From the human T2T-CHM13v2.0 reference genome, Homo sapiens, in the NCBI RefSeq assembly GCF_009914755.1, contig NC_060934.1: a DNA stretch of 64,000 nucleotides; one strand, given 5' to 3'. The position numbers and the translations under genes were made by a program. The notes beneath the pieces were generated by a model. The model ran no database searches, had not been told where the DNA came from, and worked only from the letters and a program-made list of their open reading frames with translations. Shown one piece after another: positions 1-13,800 of this stretch. The stretch's first letter is position 1. The number at the start of each line of letters is the position of its first letter.

Positions 1-214
1 AGGGGCAAAGCTGGGGAGAGAGCTCTGGAGATCCCACAAAAAAGCCTAAGTAGGGGAGGAATGGATGGACAAATGTTAACTTCACAGCGTAGCCGGGTGT
101 GAGTTTTGCTTTAAAGAAATCTATTTATATTTTGCCAAGATCCCCTTTATACTCCCAGGGTGTCACAGAAAATCGTGAGGATGAGTCTGTCATTGGGTTG
201 ACCAGAATCCAGGA

Positions 215-385
215 GCAAAAAAAAGATCTGGACTGGGAGACAGGAAACCTGCATTCCAGTCCTGGTCTGGCCACTTACCAACTATGGGACACTGGGCCAC
301 CCTGGATCTCTTGGAGTCTCAGTTTCTTTTCCTGTAAAATGGGGGTAATTATATTTGTTCTCTCTACCTCACAAGGTGTTTTAAG
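215..385 (+). mobile_element. MIR SINE fragment
   Basis: Core motif ...tctcagtttctttcctgtaaaatggggg...tacctcacaagg. Confidence 0.7.
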
Positions 386-433
386 CAGCAAGCAGGACAA
401 TCTATAAGAAACGGCTTTTGGAAGGACAATCCC

Positions 434-854
434 TGTTAGGCTGTTCTTGTGCTGCGGTAAGGAGATACCTGAGACTGGGCAATTTATAAAGAAAAGGGGC
501 TTACTTGGCTCAGAGTTCTTCAGGGTATACAGAAAGCGCAGCACTGACATTGCTGGGCTTCTGGAAAGGTTGCAGGGAGCTTTTGATGATCATGGCGGAA
601 GGCAAAGGGGGAGCAGGGATGTCACATGGTGAAAGCAAGAGCAAGCGAAAGAGAGTGAATGGGAGGGGGGTGCCACACGCTTTTTAATGACCAGATCTCA
701 CTCACTATGATGAAGACAGCGCCAAGCCATTACAGCACCAAGCCATGAGGGATCAGCCCCCATGATCCAAACACCTCCCACCAGGCCCCATCTCCAGCAC
801 TGGGGATTACAATTCAACCTGAGACTTGGGAGGGGCAAATATCCAACTCTATCA
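434..854 (-). mobile_element. Solo MaLR LTR (MSTA/MSTB-like)
   Basis: TG...CA termini; typical MST motifs (gagactgggcaatttataaagaaaag; cccatgatccaaacacctcccaccaggcccc; ggggattacaattcaac). Near-TSD atccc/atctc. Confidence 0.85.
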
Positions 855-944
855 ATCTCCTTACAGGACAGAGGATGCTGCGGTTGTGAAATCTGTATGC
901 AGGTCTCCAAGCACATTTGGATAAGTGGGATTAATCAGTTTTTT

Positions 945-1256
945 AAATTTTTTTTACTTTTTTTTTTTTTTTTTTTTGAGACAGTCTTGCTCTGTCTCCC
1001 AGGCTAGAGTGCAGTGGTGCGATCTTGGCTCACCCCTACCTCTGCCTTCTATGCTTAAGTGATTCTCCTGCCTCACTCCTGAATAGCTGGGATTACAGGC
1101 ACCTGTCACCATGCCCGGCTAATTTTTATAATTTTAGTAGAGAAAGGGTTTCACCATGTTGGCCAGGCTGGTCTCAAACTCCTGACCTCAAATGATCCAC
1201 CTGCCTTGGCCTCCCAAAGTGCTCGGATTACAGGTGCGAAACACTGCACCTGGCCC
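945..1256 (-). mobile_element. Alu (AluS), full length
   Basis: Poly-T followed by the reverse-complement Alu body ending ...cacctggcc. Confidence 0.93.
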
Positions 1257-1301
1257 ATCATTTATTTTCAAACTGAAGGAGTGAAATTAAATATTTTGTC
1301 A

Positions 1302-1668
<367 letters not shown>

Positions 1669-1888
1669 TTAAAATTATATATCAGGTGCAGTGTTAATGA
1701 TGGCTACCTTAAAATTTCCCCAACTTGTGTGAGAGGTATGGATATAAGAGAAGAGGAAGAAAGTCAAAGCATTTATCTCTCAAAATAGAGCATTACTTTC
1801 ATCCTGATGGCACAAATAATCCATGCCTAGTTGTGAAAAAATGATAATAATAAAAGACAACATAGGAAAGTATGAAAATGAAAGCAAA

Positions 1889-2539
<651 letters not shown>

Positions 2540-2632
2540 GAAAATGAAAGTAAAAATTTTCCCAAATTCTATCATCTAGGGGGAAAAAGTGCTGTTGACA
2601 TTTTGAAGCAAATGTCTCCAAATATTTTTACT

Positions 2633-2879
<247 letters not shown>

Positions 2880-5800
2880 CAAATATTTTTAAAGAATAAT
2901 TACATTAAAAAAAGAATTCTACAGTATATGCTTTTTTGTAACCAGCAATAATATAGCATGAACATCCAGAAGATAACGTTAGAAAGATGCTTCTTGTATA
3001 AAGGGGTGTGTGAGGTGCCTTCAAAGAAGAAAAGACAGAAAGACATTAACATCAGATCCTTCCCTAAGAAATGTTCTCTCTGGCTTCCAGATAGAGTTTG
3101 GGTGGGTGGCAGGGCCAGGAGGGTCTCACAGGCATATAGATGCCATCACTTATGGCCTTTAGCCCCTAATGCACATTGATTGGAAGGAGAATGGGAAGTG
3201 GTGGGGCCCAGGAGGCCTCTTCAGATTCTTCCTGGCCTAAGACTTGGGTTTCTTTAGAAGCATAGTCCTTTGCAGAATGAGAACAAGGAAACTGCATCCC
3301 TGTGCTGTCAACAGACCATCAGGAACCTTGGCCACCCTTAAAAAGCACAGGGAGGATTTCCAACAGTGTGTGAAGTCATTAGAAATTCAGTGTGTGGGGA
3401 CACAGGCAAAGAGAAACACCACATCTCCATAGGTGGGGGTGCTGGGAGGGGCTCCCGTGTTTCTTATGGAGTTTGGGGGTTATTATAAGCCCTCACTCTC
3501 AGCATCCTGGAACCTTTAATAACGATTAATGCTCTCCTTCTTGCTCTAGGTATTTACAGCATGCCCTCAGGCTACCCAGAACCGGTGTTTGCTAAAGATG
3601 ACAGTCCACTGGAAGACTCTCTTACTGTTGCTAAACCTTGTGCTGCATATTGTTGTCTATACTGAGACCCAAACTCACTCTGGATCCTGGAACTCATTCA
3701 CTGAAACTTCTTCCCTTTCCTCATCCAAATGAGTGTTTTGTTAGGAAACGTAATCCATCCGTACTAATTTGGAATTTGCAGAAACATTTGGGATTTTGCA
3801 AGGGAGGAGAGTTGCTGATTCTAATCCAGTCTCAAGTGATTCCGTCAACATAGATTTAGTATTTTCTCAAGACAGTTTGGGGCTGATGCTGCTGTGGATT
3901 CCTAGTGAGGACCAAACCTGAAATCTTCACACTATGGACCTGAGAGTCTCCTTGGATATTTTACCTCCTCCCATCCCATATTGCTTCTGGCCAGATGCAG
4001 GTGTGTCAGCCCACACCTAGATGAATTTCAAGGGGGAACAATGGCATCATCCTCTCCTGAAGTTTCACCTGCTCTGTCGCTTGAACGCACGTAAGCCACC
4101 TTGTGAGACTGTTCAATACCGGGGGACATAGTATCTGCCTCATTTTAAGGTGCCCATGTTTTAGTGGAAGGTGCTTTGCTATCTGTGACATTTTTGAATA
4201 CAGCAATGGATTTGAGTGGGCAAAGCTGCTCTGTAAGACAGGGTGGGGTCATTGAAGCCATTTTAAAAAGAGAAAACAAAAGAAAACCTCAGGCATTTTA
4301 ATATGTTAAATACGCATCCAATTATTAATTCTAAAGACTTCTACAAATCAACCTAGATGAAACTTTTTTCACCTTTTTCCTGCCTCTTTTCCCCTTCTCA
4401 GAAACATTTAGACCTACCCTATGGCAATGACTATTGGGAAGTCTCTGCCCTGTATATCAGGGTAGCACAAATAATTCAGCACAAAGCAGCCCAGTTACTG
4501 TAGCTTGGCATTAGGATAAGTATATCTTAAGAAAGTTCTTATGCAGACTTGGCTTCAGGCAATAAAACGTCATAGACGTATAACTGTAGCGAGTGAAATT
4601 TCTAGGGAGCAAATTAGGCTGAAAACATCTTCTAGAGACAGCTAGAAAGGAATTGTACACCACCCCAAAATAAGGCAAGTTATGCAGTAAATGTTTCATT
4701 TATTGGCCTTCTTCCATTACTATTAGGGTTAAAAGACATCTTGTCAATAAGAAAAGTATATTTATGGAGGACTGATGTCTTTCAGAAAGCTGTTCCTGTC
4801 ACAAATGCCTATAGCAGTGGTAATCGGCTTATGAAGGCAGGTGATGAAACCCTGTACAGATGCGTACATCTCCCCATTAACCCTTGGATCATCAGGTATT
4901 ATTGTCACTTTATTACCTGGACCTGTTATTAGCTGAAGCAAGGTGATCAAGCCGGGCACTTCAGAAAAATGTCAGAACAGAAGAGTGTTCCTCAGGGTTT
5001 CAAGGGGAGAGAGTATGTGTCTCTCCAAGTCCCTTCACAGAGTCTTTGGGGGGATAGAGGATGCCTGTGAAGTGGGCGCTTTTGCCTAACCCTTCCTCTT
5101 GCTAAATTTGAAAACTCTTGGGTGTCCAATTTTTTAACGTTCCTATGTTGGCTAAGGGAGTAGCTTTCCTCAAGGTCCAAATAAGGAACCATCACCCACG
5201 CAGAACAAAAAGCAAACAGAAAATCTCACAGCGGAATCAGGACTTTGGCTTCTAAACATTTCCCCATTTTATAGCTTCCTTATGTTTTCAGAGTCTTTTT
5301 TTGGCTTCCTTTAGCACACTCCCGGCATAGATAAGTCCAACACAGTGGGGTAACAGATCATCCATCTTGGAGCCCAGATCTTTAAAGAAAAATCACACAG
5401 GAACACAAATACACACACCCACACATGTACATATCACTGTCAAGGGTAACTTAGCAGAATCTTGCCGAGTGACTGGGGGAGCTGAATATGGTTGTCAACA
5501 TGTATTCCCCACTTCGGGTAAATCTGACAGACTAGCCTTGTTTTTCTCAAATTCCAGAGCCAAGCTTTCAATATGGTTTGTCTTCTTTGCTGGTGTGCGT
5601 GAATCTCTGAGCCATAACTGGGGCGTGTGGTGAAACGATGGAATCACGGACTTTTAAATATTAACAGGCAACTTAAAAAAGCCCATTCCAACCACCTCAT
5701 CCACCAGGTGAGACAAGACGAAGGGGCCGTGGGTGACACAGCCTGTGGCAGGCCTATTTCTGCAGTCCCCTGTCAGGCACATTCCTGTATTTCAATGGGC

Positions 5801-6273
5801 ACCTAACACTTCACCATATCTCCCACGTGGGGAACCAACACTTAAAAGGTGATTTGTGTAAACAGAAACCTCCTTTTCATGCTCATTGATAGGGATAAAC
5901 AAGGAAGCACCTCTGGAAGAGGTAACACTACTCACTTAAGTTTTAAGGTATCAGCATGTATCCAAAGAGAAGGATTTAATCAAGGGAGGGCTGAAGGAGA
6001 GGAGAAAACAGAAGAGAAGCAGCAGAAGGGCAGTGGATGAAGAGGGCGAGGTCAAAGTCAGAGAGGCCTAGGGACAGCTACTTACAGTTCAGGACCTGGA
6101 CTGGCGCCAGGAATGGACTCCAAGGGGTGAGGGCCCAGCTTCTCCCTGCCTTCCTCCCAAAATATGCAGAGACCTAACTGGATTCCAAGGGATGAGGGCA
6201 CAGCTTCTCCCCCCTCCCACCCATTTCCCAACATGCAGAGCCCATGGTGGCAAAATCCCCTGGCTCAGGCTAA

Positions 6274-6805
<532 letters not shown>

Positions 6806-9537
6806 TATTCAAGGTATTTTTCAATACCTTGCTGCCTGGCTACTGCAGTGCCAATTCTGCCATTCCCCCCCCCTCCTCAATTCAGGCATCACCTGAGGGA
6901 CTTGCAGAGCATCAGGGATCTGGCCCCTCTGAGATCTTGCTGGTCTACTCAAGCCTTTGTACAGCACCAGGCAACGAAATTAAATGTGGGACATGCACTA
7001 TCACAGAATAACTTTTTAATTGCTTAATTAAATCAGAGATTTAAGGAAGGAGAGATTCAAAAGAGTTCCCTTTGAATGAGAAAAATAAGGATATGCCAAA
7101 ATGGATAAAGTTACTAATCATGGGAACAAAGCCCTTAGTATTTACATATGATAAAAATGCAGGCCAGTATAGTAAAATCAGTAAGTACATTCTTTAAAAT
7201 TTCAATTCAGTATATTCCTGAGATTTTATTATACAGGTAGTACTATAAAGAACATAGAAGACCTCATTATCCAACTTAATTCAGACCAGGGTTTGATTAA
7301 AAAAATAAAAAACAAAAAACTACCACACAGGACAAAGAAATTGCCATAAAATTGAGTTCCTATAAATGTGTTCCAGTTTAAGTAACTAAGTCCCTAAAAT
7401 GAGCCTTAGTAAAGTCTACGCTGCATATAGACAGACTTAGGCACATCAAGTATACAGGTGACAATTAGCAAGTGTATAAAGCTATGGTCATTTCGCTAAA
7501 TGTGTAAATCTAAAGGCAACCAAGTAAAAGACCTAAAAAAGGAAACTGTTAAGTCCATTTGTACATGGATTTAACAGTGAAGCATTTCATTCTTCATGTT
7601 TTCACTTGGTGTCTTGAAATAATCCCCTTTCTGTCTCCACTCTCCCTCTTAGACACTGCACCTGCCTTATTTATTTATGAAGTCTGAAGGTTAGTCCTAC
7701 CTGCTGAGACTAATTAGCCCTGTGCTTTGTATCCTATGCAATCCTGTCTGATTAAATGTACACATTTGTTTTACTTCTTTTCAGGCTCCTTCTCACTCTA
7801 CTTCTGATATTCTGATTAATATCAAAGTTGGGAGTTACAGTGATTCTCCTCTGCCTCCCCCCCAACCCATTTTTATTTTGCCTGCATCTTATTCTTTAGT
7901 GTGCAAATGTGGTTGTGATTTTTTTCCAGTGCAGGGGAATTCGTTGGCCTTGTCAATCTCGGTATCATTATTTTTAGTAGTCTTTCTGAGACTTTAGCCT
8001 ATAAAACAGTTTTGCTGAAACCCCAAACTCTCTAAATATTATATGGCAAATTTGCTTTCTTTTGGAAACCTCGGTGCTGATGGGCCAGCTGAAGTGCAGG
8101 TGAGCTTTTTCAGGGAAGGGTGGGACAACAGTACATCCTGGACTCTAGACTAATACTACTCCTAAGAGGCAATTTGCTAAATCCTACTGATTTATTTTTT
8201 TCTTTTTTCTCTTTTTCATGTTGTAGTGTCCAGTCTACTTCTTACTGGGTATTTGCAAAAATGAATTTTCTTGCTCTATCACCCAGGAACATTGTGTTTT
8301 GGGAGCTGGGTCTTTCCTCATTAACATAATTCCATTCCCCATTTTGTAGCAAATCAGTCTGCTCCTCCTCTAATACCTAAAAGTCAACAAATACCTGCCT
8401 CAAGCCCCAGGTTTCCCATCTTCTCCCGAAGGTCTTCTAGCATCGGTTTGGTTAGCAATTTCCTGCCAGAGCCACCTACATCTTGATTATTTTGGTCAGT
8501 CTTTCGGGGATTTCATTTCAGACCCCCTTCGAGAAACACTGTAGCCCAACTGATCCCAGGGGTTGGTGAACTTTCAGTTTTATTTTCCCTGACGGTGTTA
8601 ACGCCCAAACTTTTCACCTCCTAAGTCAAAAAGGACTTTGACTCTAGCTCATTTCCTACTACCTCCAACGTCAGTTAAAAAAAAAAAAAAAAAAGCAAAA
8701 CACCACTCTACATTTAAAAGAATCATATATTTTTCCTTAAGGATACTTTTAATGTTTCTGACATTTAGCATTTGTTTTTTGCATAAAAAGTCGTTTTGGT
8801 ATATCCATCCTAGTGGGACTTAACATTTCATGAAATGATTCACTACTAATAAACAAAAAAGGGAGGAGGGAGGCCTCATGGGTTAATAGTTTCTTTCATT
8901 GTAGATGACCAGGAACTTTGACCAGCCCCTTCACTTCCCCAAGCTCTCTGAAAGTGGAGGGTTGATCTTTCCTTTTGACCACTTTTGTCGCATCCCGTCT
9001 AAGGGTGGCTGATTTCACTGCTGAATTAACCACCAAGCACCCCCCCACCCCCTCCCCCAGCCACCACTTTCTCAAATACTACCCTTCCTTTTCCCCCTCC
9101 CTTAAGACTTATTTCTAATATTTCTAAAGTGCACTGTTTTGGGCCTCTCCCCATCCCCGCCCCCCAAGTGGGCTTTCCTTCCGCCTTCCTCGGCTCGGAT
9201 TCCTGACTTGGTCGCCACCCCCTTCTCCTCCTCTCCCACCCCGCATTGTCTTTCTGAAACCGCCCCCTCCCGGAGCAAGTCCCTGCACCCTCGCCCAGAA
9301 TCCCGGGCTCGCACACACTCCGCGCAGGCCGCTCCCCCTGCACACTCCTCCCTCCGTCTCCCCCCGGCTTCCCCGCCCCTCTCTTCCTCCTTCTTTCCCT
9401 CCTCCCTCTCCCGGCGCCCGAAAGGATCATTGTTAGCCGCCCCCGCCCCGCCCACCCCGGCTGTTTATTTATGCACACGTCACTGGGCCGGCCCCGCCCT
9501 CCGGCATCTCATTAAGGCAGTGTGTTCCTCTCGCCCT

Positions 9538-10047
9538 GTCAATAATCTCCGCTCCCAGACTACTCCGTTCCTCCGGATTTCGATCCCCCTTTTTCTATCT
9601 GTCAATCAGCGCCGCCTTTGAACTGAAAAGCTCTCAGTCTAACTTCAACTCACTCAAATCCGAGCGGCACGAGCACCTCCTGTATCTTCGGCTTCCCCCC
9701 CCTTTGCTCTTTATATCTGACTTCTTGTTGTTGTTGGTGTTTTTTTTTTTTTTTACCCCCCTTTTTTATTTATTATTTTTTTGCACATTGATCGGATCCT
9801 TGGGAACGAGAGAAAAAAGAAACCCAAACTCACGCGTGCAGAAGATCTCCCCCCCCTTCCCCTCCCCTCCTCCCTCTTTTCCCCTCCCCAGGAGAAAAAG
9901 ACCCCCAAGCAGAAAAAAGTTCACCTTGGACTCGTCTTTTTCTTGCAATATTTTTTGGGGGGGCAAAACTTTTTGGGGGTGATTTTTTTTGGCTTTTCTT
10001 CCTCCTTCATTTTTCTTCCAAAATTGCTGCTGGTGGGTGAAAAAAAA
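9538..10047 (+). other. TCF7L2: TCF7L2 5'UTR (main TSS about 9540)
   Basis: Lies between the GC-box cluster and the ATG, contains no ATG, and has long pyrimidine and homopolymer tracts. The start (GTCAATAATCTCCGC...) matches my recollection of the RefSeq mRNA 5' end; exact TSS is approximate. Confidence 0.8.
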
Positions 10048-10236
10048 ATGCCGCAGCTGAACGGCGGTGGAGGGGATGACCTAGGCGCCAACGACGAACT
10101 GATTTCCTTCAAAGACGAGGGCGAACAGGAGGAGAAGAGCTCCGAAAACTCCTCGGCAGAGAGGGATTTAGCTGATGTCAAATCGTCTCTAGTCAATGAA
10201 TCAGAAACGAATCAAAACAGCTCCTCCGATTCCGAG
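10048..10236 (+). CDS. TCF7L2: TCF7L2 coding exon 1 (63 codons, beta-catenin-binding domain)
   Basis: Translates [63 protein letters not shown], the TCF7L2 N-terminus. 189 nt, followed by donor GAG|GTAGGA. Confidence 0.99.
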
Positions 10237-10497
10237 GTAGGAAAAGCCCCTCGGGCTGGTGGGGTTTTTTATCTGTTTCCTGGGCTTGGCAAATGTTGCT
10301 GAAAGGGGAGAAATCGGGGCTGGGGGCGGCGGCGGGGCCCGGCGGGCGGCGTGTGCGTACGGTGCCACCATTGCAAAAACTTGTAACCCTGTTTTTTTCT
10401 ACCCCCCCCTCGACCTCGCCGATTCTTTTTCTCCCCCTTCTCCCCCTTCTGCGTGGCGTTTGCCCCTCGCCCTCCCCACCTCCACCCCTCTGGGAAG

Positions 10498-10564
10498 GCG
10501 GAAAGACGGCCTCCGCCTCGCTCCGAAAGTTTCCGAGACAAATCCCGGGAAAGTTTGGAAGAAG
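10498..10564 (+). CDS. TCF7L2: TCF7L2 coding exon 2 (67 nt)
   Basis: Acceptor ...ctctgggaag|GCG. Encodes AERRPPPRSESFRDKSRESLEE. Donor AAG|GTGAGT; phase continues into exon 3. Confidence 0.98.
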
Positions 10565-10773
10565 GTGAGTACGCCCCGCGCGCCCCGCAGCCGCCCGGAG
10601 CCGCCCCCCGGGCCGGCCGCCCCGCGCGCCCCGGCCCCGCGCCCGGCTCGGCCTGGCCCTGCGCCGGCCCGGTCGGGGCGCCCGGCCCCTCGGGGCACTT
10701 TCTAAAAAGTTTCTCCTCACTCTCTCCCGCTCCGCGCGGCCGCCGCTGTCCCCTCGCCGCCCCGCCATGTTAG

Positions 10774-10898
10774 CGGCCAAGAGGCAAGATGGAGGGCTCT
10801 TTAAGGGGCCACCGTATCCCGGCTACCCCTTCATCATGATCCCCGACCTGACGAGCCCCTACCTCCCCAACGGATCGCTCTCGCCCACCGCCCGAACC
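10774..10898 (+). CDS. TCF7L2: TCF7L2 coding exon 3 (125 nt)
   Basis: Acceptor ...catgttag|CG. Encodes (A)[41 protein letters not shown]. Donor ACC|GTAAGT; exons 1-3 sum to 381 nt (phase 0). Confidence 0.98.
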
Positions 10899-13800
10899 GT
10901 AAGTGCCTCCGCGCCCGGCCCCCGCCCGCTGCCCGCCCGCCCGCGCCGCCCGCCGGGCCCCGCATGCGGCCCCTGCCCTGCCCCCTCCCCGCCTCCCCCT
11001 CCCCGCCTCCTCCCCTCCCTCCCTCCCCTCCCCCGCTCGTGGCCCAGGAGGCCCGAAACTCTCCAAACTTTTCTGCCTTTTGTGGACTGGATTTGTTTGC
11101 ACTTCGCCACGTTCTTGCTTTCAGTTTGCTGCCTCGTGATGTTGGGGAGACCTCTCTGTCCAAGCAGGGCTTTGTTGGTGGGGAGGGGGGGGGAATCCGA
11201 AGAACTTTTCTTTTGCGTTCTGGTTCCCCCTCCCCCTTTGGTGGTGGTGTTTGTTTCTTCACCCTGGGAAGATGACTCTGTGGCTCTTTCTTTGCTCTCT
11301 CTCCCTCTCTCTCCTTCTCTTCCTTCCCTCTTCTGTGGCGTCTTGGGCTTTCCCCGGTTAACCCCTTGGCTGCCGCTGCGGGCCACGAGTGACTGACTGT
11401 GCTGCGCCCGATGCGCGGGGTAGAGAGTGGGTTTCCTCCAGGCATTGGACTTGAGAACTGGCTAGCGCGCAGAGCCCGGGGCCCTGGAGAGGCTCCTTGG
11501 CTTTCTCTTTTGGGCGGCTATGTATTTAGCTTTCTAGTGGAGATTGCTGGCTCTCGGCCCTCCTTCCCCCTTCCCCTGGAAGGTCACACTTCCCAGATTG
11601 GTCCCACCGCAAACTTGGGGGCTCTGAGGCGTCCTTTTCTTTGGCAACCCGCAGGGCCGCGAGCGCCCTGGGCGCCGTGGCGGGCTCGGCTGCCCGGCGC
11701 ACTGGCTGCGGGCTCTCCCGGGCCGCGCAGGGCAGCAGGGCTGAGTGGGGCGGGGAGGCCCCTGCGGCCCGGATTCTTGGTTTGTGTGCAGCCGGAATGG
11801 ACTCCTCCAAGCGGACTTGTGTATTTCTAGGGAATTTTGGCGCCTTGGGATGTATGGCGGGGTCGGCGCTCGCCAGCTTCCGTGTAGGCCCGTCGTGGGC
11901 CCCAGGGGGGCCAGAGACCAGGGTGTGCGGGCTCAAGGAGGTGCGGGGGCCGAGGGAGGCTGGGGCGCCTCTCCTTCAAGGGAGTGGGCCGCCGATCGCC
12001 GGCCACCCAACTTTGGGGGCCCCAGGGCAGCGCGGGGTGCCGGGCTCGGGGGGCGCTTCCTGCAGGGTCGGTCCCGCGCCCTACCCTGACATTTGTTAAT
12101 ACGGCTCATCCCCTCCCCCACCGGCCTGTGCCCCCTGCCCTCACCCTGAACCCCCTCCTCCTCATCCCTCCCTCCCTCTTCTAAGAAGCCTGGATTACGA
12201 ATCCCTGGACGCAAGACGCATTTGTGCCCGGCTTCCCGGTATTGTCATTTTACACCTTCTCCAGTTTGGTCCCCTACCCCTTATTTACACACACGACTTT
12301 TGTTTTTTCTTTTTCGGTAACTCTAGATAGCAATTTGAAATAATGCACCCACTGTTCAGCAGCCATGGATTCGGTGCTAATGGCCGAGGGCTTGCCGGAC
12401 GGGAGTCGATCAGATCTACAAGTGTTTTTAAGCATTAAAATATTAACTATCAGGTTTGACTTGCTTTTTTGGGCCCTGGCAAAATGGCAAGGGCATGCTA
12501 GACCGGTCATTTTTTTTATGGCTAGGGAAGAGAAATAATTATTCCCCCCCTGCCCGGCGCCCAGACATGCTTGGGAAGCTGGGAGAGCGGTTCGGCTCAA
12601 CCCCCTTCTCCAGGGCCAGTTCCACCAGGCTGCAGGGGCCGCGCTCTGGGCTTGCAGCTGTAGGGGAAGCACAGTTCGCTTACTTTGTATTTTTCTTGGG
12701 AGCTTGTGGGGCATCTTAAACGGGACCGTTCGGCTCAGAATCGCAGTGTTCGCCTACCAATAAACCGGACCAAGCAACATTCCAAAGAATCCCTGAGAAT
12801 TTCTGCCTCTCCTCCCCTCCCCCTTCCGATGGAAACCTCCCTGGTATTATTTTAAAATCCACTTAACCATCTGAATATTGAGCTTTGATGGCGGGCTTGC
12901 TAGCTTTCTTGACTCTTTTTAAACTCGCTGTCTGATACTGGCAATCTTGCCATCCCTTCTCAAACTTGAGCAGTTGTGTTGTCTTGTAATTAGCAAACAG
13001 GGAAATTGCTAAAGGCAAATAAATGATTTCCCGGTGAGAAAAGGAAGGCTCCCAATGATCGGTCCCTTTTGTGGGCATTATAGGAATAGACGGCGTCTAG
13101 TTATTTTAATTGTGGACATAGCGGGTGGCCTGGTGCTGTGACATCAGATTGAGTCTCAGAACACATTTCTGAACTCAGTAGGCAGTTTTAGTACTTACAT
13201 GTCAAACACCAGCAGACATCTTTGTGTACACTGCCCCTTCGTCCTTCCTCCCTGTTACCTGGGTTAGATTATGTGCTCCAAAATTAAAGTTATTTATTTA
13301 GGCTGGTCAGCAGAGCAGTGGAAATGAGGATGGTAGGCTGTTGTGTGTCATTCCTGACGTCTTCAATCAGAAGGCCAGCTTGCAATCCAGATTTGATACA
13401 GCTGCGGGAGGAATGGAGGAATGCATAGGCAAGATAGCGGGCTTCCCATACTCTTCTGAAATCCTTAGTGTTTTATAGGGTGTGTTTTTAATGGCAAGGT
13501 GTAAAGACAAATTTCGCTGTATGCTTTATTATTTTCCCTTTGCTCCTTGGTGGCGGTGATTTTTGCTACATTTTCTGTTACTTATGGTGTACCTGTAAGC
13601 AGCTGCATCCTTTAAAAAGCAAACTCTCTGGAACCCTGATTTCTGCTTTTTTATTTAAGAATGTAAAGAATTAGAGAGTATCATTAAATCGGCTTATGAT
13701 GAATAATACATTATCTCAAGAATAATGCTTTAATTGCTGAAGACACCATAAAGCTTGATAGTAATAATTTTATTTTAAAATGACAAAGATTTCTGCATAA

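Larger units (their letters stand above)
9130..12250. promoter_or_regulatory. TCF7L2: CpG island spanning the TCF7L2 promoter, exons 1-3 and the start of intron 3
   Basis: Very high GC and CpG density compared with the flanks. Multiple Sp/KLF GC boxes (CCCCGCCC near 9155, 9372, 9441-9452, 9492) and an AT-rich element TTTATTTAT near 9465. Confidence 0.92.

Noticed and set aside
10040-10048. A9 run at the start codon as the MSI-associated TCF7L2 A9 frameshift hotspot
   Set aside because: The known coding A9 tract is in the last exon, outside this window. This run is 5'UTR, so slippage would not shift the main frame.
9026-12714. Many overlapping 100-200 aa Pro/Arg/Gly-rich ORFs on both strands, including the 165-codon read-through of exon 3 into intron 3
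   Set aside because: Expected from stop-codon depletion in a CpG island. Only the segments matching TCF7L2 exons have splice sites and known homology.
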